From contig JBFYXW010000027.1 of NCBI GenBank assembly GCA_041310335.1, positions 1 to 63,142 on the forward strand: a stretch of 63,142 nt of DNA, in the 5' to 3' direction. The number at the start of each line of letters is the position of its first letter. Position 1 is the first letter of the stretch. A program made the translations under genes and the position numbers. Under the pieces are notes generated by a model, which was not told the origin of the DNA, made no database searches, and saw nothing but the letters and a program-made list of their open reading frames with translations. This document shows, one piece after another, positions 50,932 through 59,859 of the stretch. The DNA is from Syntrophaceae bacterium. GTDB lineage: Bacteria; Desulfobacterota; Syntrophia; Syntrophales; PHBD01.

Positions 50932-51043
50932 CGGACGGGCAAAGCGAGGCAGGGAGTCTATACCAATATAATCATGTAGATGAGTGCTTCCGGGGAGGGA
51001 ATTTCCGGAGGGGGAAAAGGGGGCGGCGTATGATTTTAACCCA

Positions 51044-51074
51044 CCGGTGCCGGTTCGGCGGAACCCGGCACCGG
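51044..51074. repeat. Perfect 10-bp GC-rich inverted repeat (kinase terminator hairpin and/or activator binding site)
   Basis: CCGGTGCCGG (51044-51053) and CCGGCACCGG (51065-51074) are separated by 11 nt, with three further inner pairs possible. It lies about 85 nt downstream of the kinase stop and about 115-140 nt upstream of the sigma54 promoter. Confidence 0.4.
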
Positions 51075-51157
51075 CCACAAATCAATAACTAGCCGATCGG
51101 ACATGCGTTATCGGGGGTCGGATGAGTTCGATCCACGGGGTGGATGATTTCAACCCA

Positions 51158-52813
51158 TCACAGGAGGGGCAGCGTGACGCGGAAATTCGTCCCCCGCTTC
51201 TCGTGGCTCTCCACCTCGATCATGCCGTTGTGATCCTGGATGATCCGGTGGGACACGGCCAGCCCCAGGCCGGTGCCGACCTTCTTCGTGGTGAAGAAAG
51301 GGTCGAAGATCTTGTTCAGGTGACCCGCGGGAATGCCGACTCCATTATCCCTGAAATCAATCACGATTTTCTCTTTCCGGCCGGGAGCGCTCCGCAGGGT
51401 CGCCCGGATGACGATCTCTCCCTGTTCGCCGATCGCGTCGATGGCGTTGAGCGCCAGGTTGAGGAACACCTGGCGCAACCGCTGCGGGTCCGCCTTGATG
51501 TGGAGGACCCGCCGGTCGAAGTCCTGCTTCACCGTGATCTTCCGTTTCAGCGCCTCCTTGCCCAGGAGGGCCATGGTCGAGGTCAGCAGTTCGACGACGT
51601 CCACCTCTTCCATCTGCAGGCTGAGCGGCCTGGCCAGGTCCAGGGTTTCCCGCAGCATTTTCTCCAGGCGGTCCACCTCCTCGAGGATGCTCTTGAGATC
51701 CTTTTTCTGGGGGCTGTCCTCTTCGCACTCCATCTCGAGGTTCTGGACGGTCGTGGCGATTCCCGACAGGGGATTCCGGATTTCATGGGCAATGACGGAG
51801 GCGATGTGACCGAGGGCGGCGAACTTCTCCACCCGCACCAGGTAGTCGTCCATCCGCTTCTTCTCCGTCACGTCGGACACCTCCGTGACGATGCCCAGCG
51901 TTTTCTGGTCCTCGTCCACGATGGCGAAGCAGCTCAGGTTCAGGACGAGCCGCTTCCCGTCCCGGCGGACGTAGGTCCGCTCGTAGTGGCTGATGTTCTC
52001 GTTCCGCTTGAACACCTTGTAGAGCCGGTCCCGCTCTCCCTCGTCGAGTTCCGACAGGTCCTGGGCAAGGAGACGCCGCGCCTCCTGTTCCGACAGGCCC
52101 AGGATCTCCTCGGCCCGGGGGTTGAAGTGGAGGATGTTGCCCATGATGTCGCTGATGACGATCCCGTCGACGGAGCACTTGATCACGCCCTCCAGGAGCA
52201 CCTTCTTTTTGTGCAACTCGTTGTAGAGGCGGGCGTTCTCGATGACGATGGATGCCTGGTTGGCGAAGATGACGAGGGCCTCGATCTCCTCCGGGGTGAT
52301 CTCGACACGCGTGCGGTAGCGGTCGGCGCCGATGAAGCCCAGGATTCTCCCCTTGTGCTTCAGGGGCACATAGATCAGGCTCTTCCGCTCCTGCCCGTGG
52401 CGGAGGTGGATCTGGTTGATGGCCCGGTCCAGCATGGTGGCGTGGGGGTCCTCCGCCGCGTTCTGGATGTACAGGGGGACTCCCGTCCGCACCACCCGCG
52501 TTTCGTAGCAGTCGTGATGCTCCATGTTGAAGGGGGTGTCCCAGGCATGCTTCTCGCCCTCCTCGGTCAGCCCCTTCATGCACTGGCATTTCAGCCTTGT
52601 CCCGTCCTCGCCGAGAAGCATGATCACCATGCGGTCGAACCGGAGGGCCGCCATGGCCCGGTCCAGGATCTCGTGAAAGACCCGGTCGAGATCGGGCGCT
52701 TCGGCCAGGAGGGACGTGAGTTCGTGGATGTGGTTGAGGAGGGTGACCTTCAGGGGAACCTTGTCGACGGGACCCTGCTTTCGAATCCTGCGCCCGGCGT
52801 TCGATCGGTTCAT
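51158..52813 (-). CDS. Cytoplasmic GAF-PAS sensor histidine kinase
   Basis: No obvious TM segment. A GAF-like N-terminal half and a PAS-like middle are followed by the H-box SVIAHEIRNPLSGI. N/G boxes: LNLALNAIDA, DNGVGI, GTGLGLAVS. Confidence 0.9.
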   Translation of the reverse strand: MNRSNAGRRIRKQGPVDKVPLKVTLLNHIHELTSLLAEAPDLDRVFHEILDRAMAALRFDRMVIMLLGEDGTRLKCQCMKGLTEEGEKHAWDTPFNMEHHDCYETRVVRTGVPLYIQNAAEDPHATMLDRAINQIHLRHGQERKSLIYVPLKHKGRILGFIGADRYRTRVEITPEEIEALVIFANQASIVIENARLYNELHKKKVLLEGVIKCSVDGIVISDIMGNILHFNPRAEEILGLSEQEARRLLAQDLSELDEGERDRLYKVFKRNENISHYERTYVRRDGKRLVLNLSCFAIVDEDQKTLGIVTEVSDVTEKKRMDDYLVRVEKFAALGHIASVIAHEIRNPLSGIATTVQNLEMECEEDSPQKKDLKSILEEVDRLEKMLRETLDLARPLSLQMEEVDVVELLTSTMALLGKEALKRKITVKQDFDRRVLHIKADPQRLRQVFLNLALNAIDAIGEQGEIVIRATLRSAPGRKEKIVIDFRDNGVGIPAGHLNKIFDPFFTTKKVGTGLGLAVSHRIIQDHNGMIEVESHEKRGTNFRVTLPLL

Positions 52814-52945
52814 CGCGCACCTCGCTCGGGATGCCGTGTTGCACGAAGACCGCGGACGGCGGGGACACCGCCGCCGCGGTCGTGAAAAGACATGGTTTGA
52901 ACAGCCGGAGACGGAATCCGTTCCGACCCGCCGCGGGCCGGGAAC

Positions 52946-54811
52946 TCAGGCTCCGAAGCTTTCCTCCGGGATTGCGAGCATGGAGAGGTCCTCGCTCCGG
53001 ATCGACTTCACCGTCGCGTCCACTTCCGGCAGGACGTGCTTGATGAAATACCGGGCGGCCTCGATCTTGCCGATGTAAAAAGCCGCCTCGGCATCCTCCC
53101 CGGCCAGGGCGTTTCGCTTCGCCCCGTCCCGGGCATCGACGCCCCGGCCTGCGCAGAGGGACTCCAGCTTTTCCGCGGCCACCCCGGCCTCCCACAAGAG
53201 GAGCCAGGCCGTCACGATCTTCCCCATCATCATCAGGAAGGGATACGCGTTGGCGACGGGAACCATGAACTTGCCGGACTTCATCGTCCCGGCGAAATAC
53301 ACCGCCGTCTCCGCCATGGCGGAGACGGCCCCCTGGACGTCCTCGGCCAGCGGCTTCAGGCTTTCGTTCCCCCGGCACTTCTCGACCGTGGCCGTCATCT
53401 CGCCGATGAGGGTCATGAAGTAGAGGCCCTTTTTCTGCCCCAGCTTGCGGCCCACCAGGTCCAGGGCCTGGATGCCGTTGGTCCCCTCGTAGATCGAGGC
53501 GATCTTGACATCCCGCATGATCTGCTCCACGGGATACTCGGAGCAGTACCCGTACCCGCCGTAGGTCTGAATGGCCACTTCCGTGACCCGGAAGGCCATG
53601 TCGGAGCAGTAGGCCTTGCAGATCGGCGTCAGGACCTCCAGGATCCCCTTGTACTTTTCACGGTCCCCTTCCGAGGCCGTGTTCAGTTCCAGGTCCGCGC
53701 ACCAGGCCGTGTAGTACAGGAGCGCCCGCATCCCGTCGACGTGGGCCTTCATCCACAAGAGCATCCGCCGGACGTCGGCGTGCTGGATGATCGGCACCCG
53801 CGGGGCCTCCGGGTTTCTCATGTCCATCAGCGACGAGCCCTGCAGGCGCTCCTTGGCGTACTGGAGGGCGTGGAGGTAGGAGACGGACGCGGCGGCCAGG
53901 CTCTGGAGGCCTACCCCGATGCGGGCCTCGTTCATCATCTGGAACATGACCTTGATGCCCTCGCGCTCCTTGCCCAGCAGTTCCGCGTAGCAGTCGCCGC
54001 CGTCGCCGAAGTTCATGACACAGGTGGAACTGCCGTTCAGTCCCATCTTGTGCTCGATCCCGCCGATGGAATAATCGTTGCGGCGGCCGAGGGACCCGTC
54101 GTCGTTCACCAGGTACTTCGGAACCAGGAAGATGGAGATGCCCCCTGTCCCCGGCGGGTCCCCCTCGATCCGGGCCAGGACGGGATGGACGATGTTCTCC
54201 GTCAGGTCGTGGTCGCCGCCGGTGATGAACTGCTTCGTCCCCTGGAGGCGGAACGTGCCGTCGGGCATGCGGACGGCCTTGCACTTCAGGGCGCCCACGT
54301 CGGATCCGGCGGAGGGCTCCGTCAGCGCCATCGTACCGCCCCAGACGCCGGCGTACATCTTCTCCATGTACTTCTTCTTCTGGACGTCGGTTCCGTAGAC
54401 CTCGATCAGGTGGGCCGCCGCCTGCGACGCCTCGGGATAAATGAAGAACGAGAAATTCTGGATGAACCACTCCTTGGCCGCCAGGGTGATGACGTAGGGA
54501 AAGCCCTGGCCTTCCGCTTCCTGGGACACCCCCATGTTGATCCAGCCGCCGTCGCGGTACAGGTCGAAGCAGCGGCGGAAGGACGGCGGCGTCAGGACCT
54601 GGCCGTTTTCCAGCCGGCAGCCTTCCCGGTCACCCGTTGCGAGGGCCGGGAAAATCACGTCCACCGCCAGGCGCTCCGCCTCTTTCAGCACCATGTCGAA
54701 CGTGTCCGGGGAGAAGTCCGACCAGGCCGACATTCCGCAGAGGTCATCCGTGTTCAACAATTCGCGCAGGACAAACTGCTGGTCCCGACGATCCAAAATC
54801 AAATTTGCCAT
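52946..54811 (-). CDS. Long (621 aa) acyl-CoA dehydrogenase with C-terminal extension domain (FadE/AidB-like)
   Basis: LTEPSAGSDVG, IYEGTNGIQALDLVGRK (canonical YEG Glu), plus about 150 aa of extra helical C-terminus. GGAGGAAAT SD. Confidence 0.9.
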   Translation of the reverse strand: MANLILDRRDQQFVLRELLNTDDLCGMSAWSDFSPDTFDMVLKEAERLAVDVIFPALATGDREGCRLENGQVLTPPSFRRCFDLYRDGGWINMGVSQEAEGQGFPYVITLAAKEWFIQNFSFFIYPEASQAAAHLIEVYGTDVQKKKYMEKMYAGVWGGTMALTEPSAGSDVGALKCKAVRMPDGTFRLQGTKQFITGGDHDLTENIVHPVLARIEGDPPGTGGISIFLVPKYLVNDDGSLGRRNDYSIGGIEHKMGLNGSSTCVMNFGDGGDCYAELLGKEREGIKVMFQMMNEARIGVGLQSLAAASVSYLHALQYAKERLQGSSLMDMRNPEAPRVPIIQHADVRRMLLWMKAHVDGMRALLYYTAWCADLELNTASEGDREKYKGILEVLTPICKAYCSDMAFRVTEVAIQTYGGYGYCSEYPVEQIMRDVKIASIYEGTNGIQALDLVGRKLGQKKGLYFMTLIGEMTATVEKCRGNESLKPLAEDVQGAVSAMAETAVYFAGTMKSGKFMVPVANAYPFLMMMGKIVTAWLLLWEAGVAAEKLESLCAGRGVDARDGAKRNALAGEDAEAAFYIGKIEAARYFIKHVLPEVDATVKSIRSEDLSMLAIPEESFGA

Positions 54812-55020
54812 ATTTCCTCCGAATCATCACAACGTGCGGACCCGCCGGAACGGATTCCCGCTCCGGCGGACCGCCTTCAGACAGGCGCGGGCCCGCCGGC
54901 GCGTCGACGCAATCCGCCGCGACACGCCGGGACGGGAACCCGCGCGGTTGAAACGTGGGGGGGACACGGGCGGCGTCCCCGCTCCCGCCAACTTCACGGG
55001 AGCGGTGAACAGGAGGGTCC

Positions 55021-55473
55021 CTAGGAAACGGCCGCCACAAACGATCCCGTCAACTTGACGCCGCCCTGCTTGTCGGTCACCTGGATCTCGCAGCGGATCC
55101 TCTTCTCCCCCGCCTGCTCGAACTTCTCGACGACGGTGCCGGTCACGACGACGGTGGCCCGGGCCGCCGAGTTCGGGTCGTCCAGGTCCATGGGCTCCGT
55201 CATCCCGGAGAAGCGGACGCCGAACTTCCGCAGGTTCTTGTCGTCCACCCAGTCCACGATGGCCTGTCCCGTAATGCCCATCACGAGCATCCCATGGGAG
55301 ATGACCCGCGGCATGCCGAAGAGTTTCACGAAGGTCTCGTCGTGGTGGAGGGGGTTGAAGTCTCCCGAAGCCCCCGCGTAGCGCACCAGGTGCGTTCGGG
55401 TGAGGGGTTCCGACGTGAAGGTCGGCATTGCGTCGCCTACCTGGATGCGGTCGAATTTCAATGATTGCGTCAT
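55021..55473 (-). CDS. MaoC-like hydratase subunit with hydratase motif
   Basis: YAGASGDFNPLHHDETFV, ISHGML. 150 aa. GGAGGAGG SD. Confidence 0.85.
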   Translation of the reverse strand: MTQSLKFDRIQVGDAMPTFTSEPLTRTHLVRYAGASGDFNPLHHDETFVKLFGMPRVISHGMLVMGITGQAIVDWVDDKNLRKFGVRFSGMTEPMDLDDPNSAARATVVVTGTVVEKFEQAGEKRIRCEIQVTDKQGGVKLTGSFVAAVS

Positions 55474-55482
55474 GGCCTCCTC

Positions 55483-55956
55483 CTATCGTTCCACCAGCGT
55501 CGACCGCTGCCGAAGCACCAGCTCGCCCCGCTGATTCGTGATTTCCGTCTGCAGCACGGTGAATTCCATGAATTTCCCCGGCTTGTCCTTTTTCTCCTTG
55601 TCGTACATCTCGACCACCCGGGTCTTCCCCGTCACGACGTCGCCGGGGTGAATGGGGGCCAGGTACTCGTACTCCTCCTCGCCGTGCAGCAGCCGTCCCA
55701 GGTTGATACCCAGGGCCTGGATCATGGGCATCAGGCCCGCGCCGCCCCAGAGGCCGAAGCAGGTCTGGAACGTGGGCGGGGGGACGATGTCCCCGTAGCC
55801 GGCGGCCTTCGCCGCCGCGGCATCCGCGTAAATTGGCTTCACCTGGCTCTTGTTCTCCTTCTGCGAGACGGCCATGGCGAATTCAGCGATCTTCCCCTTT
55901 TCCACCTCGAGGGTGTAGGGGGGAAACTCCATTCCCAGCTTTGATTTGTCTGCCAT
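55483..55956 (-). CDS. MaoC_N-like hotdog subunit (non-catalytic partner type)
   Basis: ATG 55956 follows GGGAGG: MADKSKLGMEFPPYTLEVEKGKIAEFA. PPTFQTCF, LLHGEEEYEY. 9-nt gap to the next MaoC gene. Confidence 0.8.
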   Translation of the reverse strand: MADKSKLGMEFPPYTLEVEKGKIAEFAMAVSQKENKSQVKPIYADAAAAKAAGYGDIVPPPTFQTCFGLWGGAGLMPMIQALGINLGRLLHGEEEYEYLAPIHPGDVVTGKTRVVEMYDKEKKDKPGKFMEFTVLQTEITNQRGELVLRQRSTLVER

Positions 55957-56030
55957 GTGAACCTCCCTTCCAGTTTCTGGTTCTTGTCCATTTTTCCGGG
56001 ACGCGGAACCGGGGCCCCGCATCCCCGTCG

Positions 56031-57212
56031 TCACGAAAAAAGTCCCGTTCTCTCGAACGCTTCGATTTCCTTCTCTCCATATCCCAGACCGAGGAGGACC
56101 TCCCGGTTGTGCGTTCCCGCCTTCACCCCCGCCGGACCGTACGCGGGCGGCGTCTCCGAGAACCGGATCGGGCAGGCGGGCTGCCGGACGGTGCGGCCGT
56201 CGGGCAGGGCGACCTCCGCCACCATGCCCCGCTGCCGGACCAGGTCGCTGTCCAGCGCCTCCGACAGGGACAGGACCGGTTCCATGCAGGCGTCGGTCCC
56301 GGCGAAGATCGCCTCCCACTCCCTGCGCGTCTTGCCCGCAAAGATGGTCCGGACTTCCTCCTTGACGGCGGCGCAGTCCGGCGGCGCCACCCCCCCGGCG
56401 ATCAGGTCCGGACGGCCAATGGCCCGGCAGAAGGCGGAGAAGAACTGCGGCTCGATGCCGCCGAAGCCGAGATACCCGCCGTCGGACGTGCGGTAGAAGT
56501 CGTACAGGGACCCGCCGTTGAGGATGAAGCCCTCCCGCTCCACCTCCTCGCCCACCGCCAGGCAGGCGGCGGCGGCCATGGCGTTGAAGGCGACGGCGCC
56601 GTCGGTCATGGAGATGTCGAGGTGCTGTCCCTTCCCCGTCCTCTGCCGGTGGATGACCGCGGCCAGGATGGCGATGATGGCATTGTGGGAGCCGGACGCC
56701 ACGTCGGCGATTTGCAGGGGCATCGGAACGGGACCCGTCTCCCTCCTTCCCGCGTAGCCCATGAGGCCGGAGAGGGCGAGGTAGTTGATGTCGTGACCCG
56801 CCCGGTCTCTCAGCGGGCCCGTCTGGCCGTACCCCGTCAGGGAGCAGTAGACCAGGGACGGGAACGTCTCCGCCAGCTGATCATGGGCCAGGCCGAACTT
56901 CCTCATGACCCCGGGACGAAACTGCTCGACGAGGATGTCCCGCGTTTCGAGCAGGCGGTGGACGACCTCGATCGCCCGCGGATCCTTGAGGTTCAGCGTC
57001 AGGGACCGCTTGCCCCTCCCCAGGTAGGCCGAGGCGACGGACAGGTCCGTCCCGGGCAGGAAGGGCGGCAGGAAGGCCGTCAGGTCCGGCCGGCTTCCGG
57101 AGACCACGGACAGGACATCCGCGCCCATATCCGCCAGGCTCATGGTGGCGTACGGTCCCGGCAGCAGGGTCGTGAAGTCCAGGATTTGCAAACCCTCAAG
57201 CGGTCCGGGCAT
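56031..57212 (-). CDS. Family III CoA-transferase-fold enzyme, alpha-methylacyl-CoA racemase-like
   Basis: LQILDFTTLLPGPYATMSLADMGADV N-terminus. GHDINYLALSG matches the AMACR/Mcr motif as I recall it. IADVASG Asp. Confidence 0.8.
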   Translation of the reverse strand: MPGPLEGLQILDFTTLLPGPYATMSLADMGADVLSVVSGSRPDLTAFLPPFLPGTDLSVASAYLGRGKRSLTLNLKDPRAIEVVHRLLETRDILVEQFRPGVMRKFGLAHDQLAETFPSLVYCSLTGYGQTGPLRDRAGHDINYLALSGLMGYAGRRETGPVPMPLQIADVASGSHNAIIAILAAVIHRQRTGKGQHLDISMTDGAVAFNAMAAAACLAVGEEVEREGFILNGGSLYDFYRTSDGGYLGFGGIEPQFFSAFCRAIGRPDLIAGGVAPPDCAAVKEEVRTIFAGKTRREWEAIFAGTDACMEPVLSLSEALDSDLVRQRGMVAEVALPDGRTVRQPACPIRFSETPPAYGPAGVKAGTHNREVLLGLGYGEKEIEAFERTGLFS

Positions 57213-57266
57213 GTTCCCTCCCCGGGCCCGCGAAGGGGCCGCCGCGATCTGGCAGGCCGGGATCCC

Positions 57267-58067
57267 TCATTGCTTCCCTCCTTTGAAGAACGGCTGGATG
57301 AGCTTGAAGAACTCTCCGGAGAAGACCATGATGGTCTGGTTGCGGTTCTCCAGCGTGACGGCCGCCTCGAGAGACGGCGCGTCGATGTTCTGGTCCAGGA
57401 CCCGCTTGGTCAGCTTCAGGGCCGCGTAGGACTTGGCGGCCATGGGCCGGGCATAGGAGAGGGCCGCCTCCAGGAGTTCCTCCTTCGGCACCACCCGGTT
57501 GACCAGGCCGATCCGCTCCGCGTCGTCCGCTTTCACCTTCCTGCCCGTCAAGAGGATCTCCGAGGAACGGGCGACGCCGATCAGCCGGGGCAGCAGGTAG
57601 GAGGTGCCCAGTTCGCCGCCGGACAGCCCGATGTTGGCAAAGGAGGCGACGAAGGAAGCCTCCGGGGTCGCCACGCGGACATCGCTGGCCAGGGCCATGG
57701 AGAACCCTCCCCCCGCCGCGGCGCCGTTGACGGCGGCGATGACGGGCTGGGGAATCCGCCGGAGTCCCAGGATCAGGCCGGCGTAGCGCTCCTGGACGAG
57801 GCGGAGGAAGTTCTCCGGGTCGGCAAAGGCATCCGAGTCCTTGTGGGCGATCGCGTCGTTCAGGTCGGCCCCGGAGCAGAACCCCCGGCCGGCCCCGGTC
57901 AGGATGAGAACCCGGATGGCGTCGTCCTTCGCCAGGAGCGCGAACAACTCGTTGAAGTCGTCCAGCATGGCGACGCTGATCGCGTTGAGCTGCTCCGGCC
58001 GGTTCAGGGTGACGAGCCCCACCCGCGGCTCGACCTCCTGGAACAGGAATGTCTGGAACTCTCTCAT
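57267..58067 (-). CDS. Enoyl-CoA hydratase (crotonase family)
   Basis: VGLVTLNRPEQLNA, GAGRGFCSGADL, VNGAAAGGGFSMALASDVRVA. AAGGAGGAAG SD. Confidence 0.85.
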   Translation of the reverse strand: MREFQTFLFQEVEPRVGLVTLNRPEQLNAISVAMLDDFNELFALLAKDDAIRVLILTGAGRGFCSGADLNDAIAHKDSDAFADPENFLRLVQERYAGLILGLRRIPQPVIAAVNGAAAGGGFSMALASDVRVATPEASFVASFANIGLSGGELGTSYLLPRLIGVARSSEILLTGRKVKADDAERIGLVNRVVPKEELLEAALSYARPMAAKSYAALKLTKRVLDQNIDAPSLEAAVTLENRNQTIMVFSGEFFKLIQPFFKGGKQ

Positions 58068-58148
58068 GGCTTCCTCCTTGACCGGGACGGGGGAGGGAAC
58101 CCGAAGTCGCCGTCACCAGCGGCGGCGGGTTTTCCTCCCCGGGTTCCG

Positions 58149-59822
58149 TCACGCCTGCTGCTTCTGCGCCTCTCTGTCCCGGAGCTCGCGGCGCAGGATC
58201 TTGCCGACGCTGCTCTTGGGCAGCTCCTTCATGAACTCAACGGTTTTCGGAACCTTGTAGGCCGCCAGGTGCTCCCGGCAGTGGGCAATCACCTCATCCT
58301 CCGTCATCTGCTCCCCTTCCTTCAGGGCGACGAAGGCCTTGACGGTCTCCCCCCGGTACTTGTCCGGAATGCCGACGGCGCAGGCCTCCACGATCTTCTC
58401 GTGCCGGAAGAGGACCTCGTCGATGTCTTTCGGGTAGATGTTGTACCCCCCCGCCACGATCAGGTCCTTCTTCCGGTCCACGATGCGCAGGTACCCCTCC
58501 TCGTCCATCGTGCCGATGTCGCCCGTGTAGAGCCAGCCTTCCCGGACGGCAAGGGCCGTCTCATCGGGGCGGTTGTAGTAGCCCGTCATCACATGGGGTC
58601 CCTTGATGCAGATCTCGCCGGTCTCTCCGAGCGGGAGGTCCGTGTCGCCGGTGTCGAGGTCAACGATCTTCACCTCCGTGTTCGGCAGCGGCAGGCCGAC
58701 CGTCCCCCGCTTCACCTTCCCTCCCCAGGGGGTCGCCGTGCCGAAGGCCGTGTTCTCCGTCATCCCGTAGATTTCGTACACGTCCTTGCCGGTCAGGTTC
58801 TTCAGGTCCTGGCAGGTGTCGGCGGCGATGGGCGCCGCCCCGGTGAAGAAACCCTGGAGGAACGACTTGTCCATGCTGCGGAACTCCGGGTCGGCCAGGA
58901 GCCCCACGAAGATGGAGGCCACGCCGGGCAGGAAGTTGGGTTTGTATTTCTTCACGGTCTCCAGGAGGATGCCCGGCTCCGGCCGCGGGATGATCGTCGA
59001 GGTCCAGCCGCTCCAGATGGTCAGGTTCTGGCTGGCCGTGTAGCCCGCGGAGTGGAAGATGGGGTAGGTTCCCACGATGTGCACCTCGCCGTCCTTGAGG
59101 TCCGGCAGCCAGGCCCGGAAGATCTGCACGACGACGGAGAGGTTCGCGTGGGTCAGCATGGCCCCCTTCGAGACGCCCGTGGTCCCGCCCGTGTAGATCA
59201 GGGCACCCAGGTCGTCCCAGCGGGAGAGGTCCGGAACCGGGTTCGACGATCGCCGGCGCATCAGGTCCAGGAACTCGTGGACGCCCTTTTGGGGCGGCAC
59301 CTTCCGGTACATCGCCTTCTTCACGAAGGGGTAGAGCTGCTTCTTCGGGAAGGGCAGGTAGTCGTTGATGTGACAGGTGACGATCGTCTCGACCTTCGTC
59401 TTTCCTTTGAGGGCCAGGGCGCGCGGGAGGAGCAGGTCCAGCGTGACGAGCACCTTCGCGTCGCAGTCGGCCAGCTGGTGCGCCAGCTCCTGCTCCGTGT
59501 AGAGGGGGTTGTTCATCGCCGTGACGGCGCCCAGGCGGTGCACGGCGTGGTTGGCGATGATGAGCTGCGGCAGGTTGGGCAGCAGCATCGCCACCTTGTC
59601 TCCCGCCTTCACGCCCAGGTCCTTCAGGGCGTTGGCGAACCGGTTCACGAGCCCGTCCAGTTCGCGGAAGGTGATCCGCCGACCCATGAAGATGAAGCCG
59701 ACGTGATCGGGGAACCGCTTCGCCGTCCGGATCAGTGCCTCCGCGACGGTGATCTTCTGTATTTCAACCGCCGGGGGAACCCCCGGCGCGTAGGATTTGT
59801 GCCAGATTCTGTCAAAGGCCAT
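58149..59822 (-). CDS. Long-chain-type (FadD-like) acyl-CoA ligase
   Basis: IWHKSYAPGVPPAVEIQKITVAEAL, IYTGGTTGVSKGA, IYGMTENTA, TGDIGTMDEEGYLRIVDR, GKILRRELR. Confidence 0.9.
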   Translation of the reverse strand: MAFDRIWHKSYAPGVPPAVEIQKITVAEALIRTAKRFPDHVGFIFMGRRITFRELDGLVNRFANALKDLGVKAGDKVAMLLPNLPQLIIANHAVHRLGAVTAMNNPLYTEQELAHQLADCDAKVLVTLDLLLPRALALKGKTKVETIVTCHINDYLPFPKKQLYPFVKKAMYRKVPPQKGVHEFLDLMRRRSSNPVPDLSRWDDLGALIYTGGTTGVSKGAMLTHANLSVVVQIFRAWLPDLKDGEVHIVGTYPIFHSAGYTASQNLTIWSGWTSTIIPRPEPGILLETVKKYKPNFLPGVASIFVGLLADPEFRSMDKSFLQGFFTGAAPIAADTCQDLKNLTGKDVYEIYGMTENTAFGTATPWGGKVKRGTVGLPLPNTEVKIVDLDTGDTDLPLGETGEICIKGPHVMTGYYNRPDETALAVREGWLYTGDIGTMDEEGYLRIVDRKKDLIVAGGYNIYPKDIDEVLFRHEKIVEACAVGIPDKYRGETVKAFVALKEGEQMTEDEVIAHCREHLAAYKVPKTVEFMKELPKSSVGKILRRELRDREAQKQQA

Positions 59823-59859
59823 CGGTTTGGTCCTCCTTGGCCCCGCTCGCCGAGCCTAT

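Noticed and set aside
51121-51146. GAGTTCGATCC, reminiscent of a tRNA T-loop, just downstream of the kinase stop.
   Set aside because: No T-stem complementarity around a TTCGA loop, no acceptor stem or CCA context, and no upstream D or anticodon arms. It is better explained by the small ATCCAC-GGGG-GTGGAT hairpin at 51131-51146.
52828-52843. Plus-strand sigma54-like match GGGATGCCGTGTTGCA with correct GG-N10-GC spacing.
   Set aside because: It has A instead of the conserved C after GG. It points into the antisense of the FadE-like ACAD, with no plus-strand gene downstream. It is probably a chance match in GC-rich DNA.
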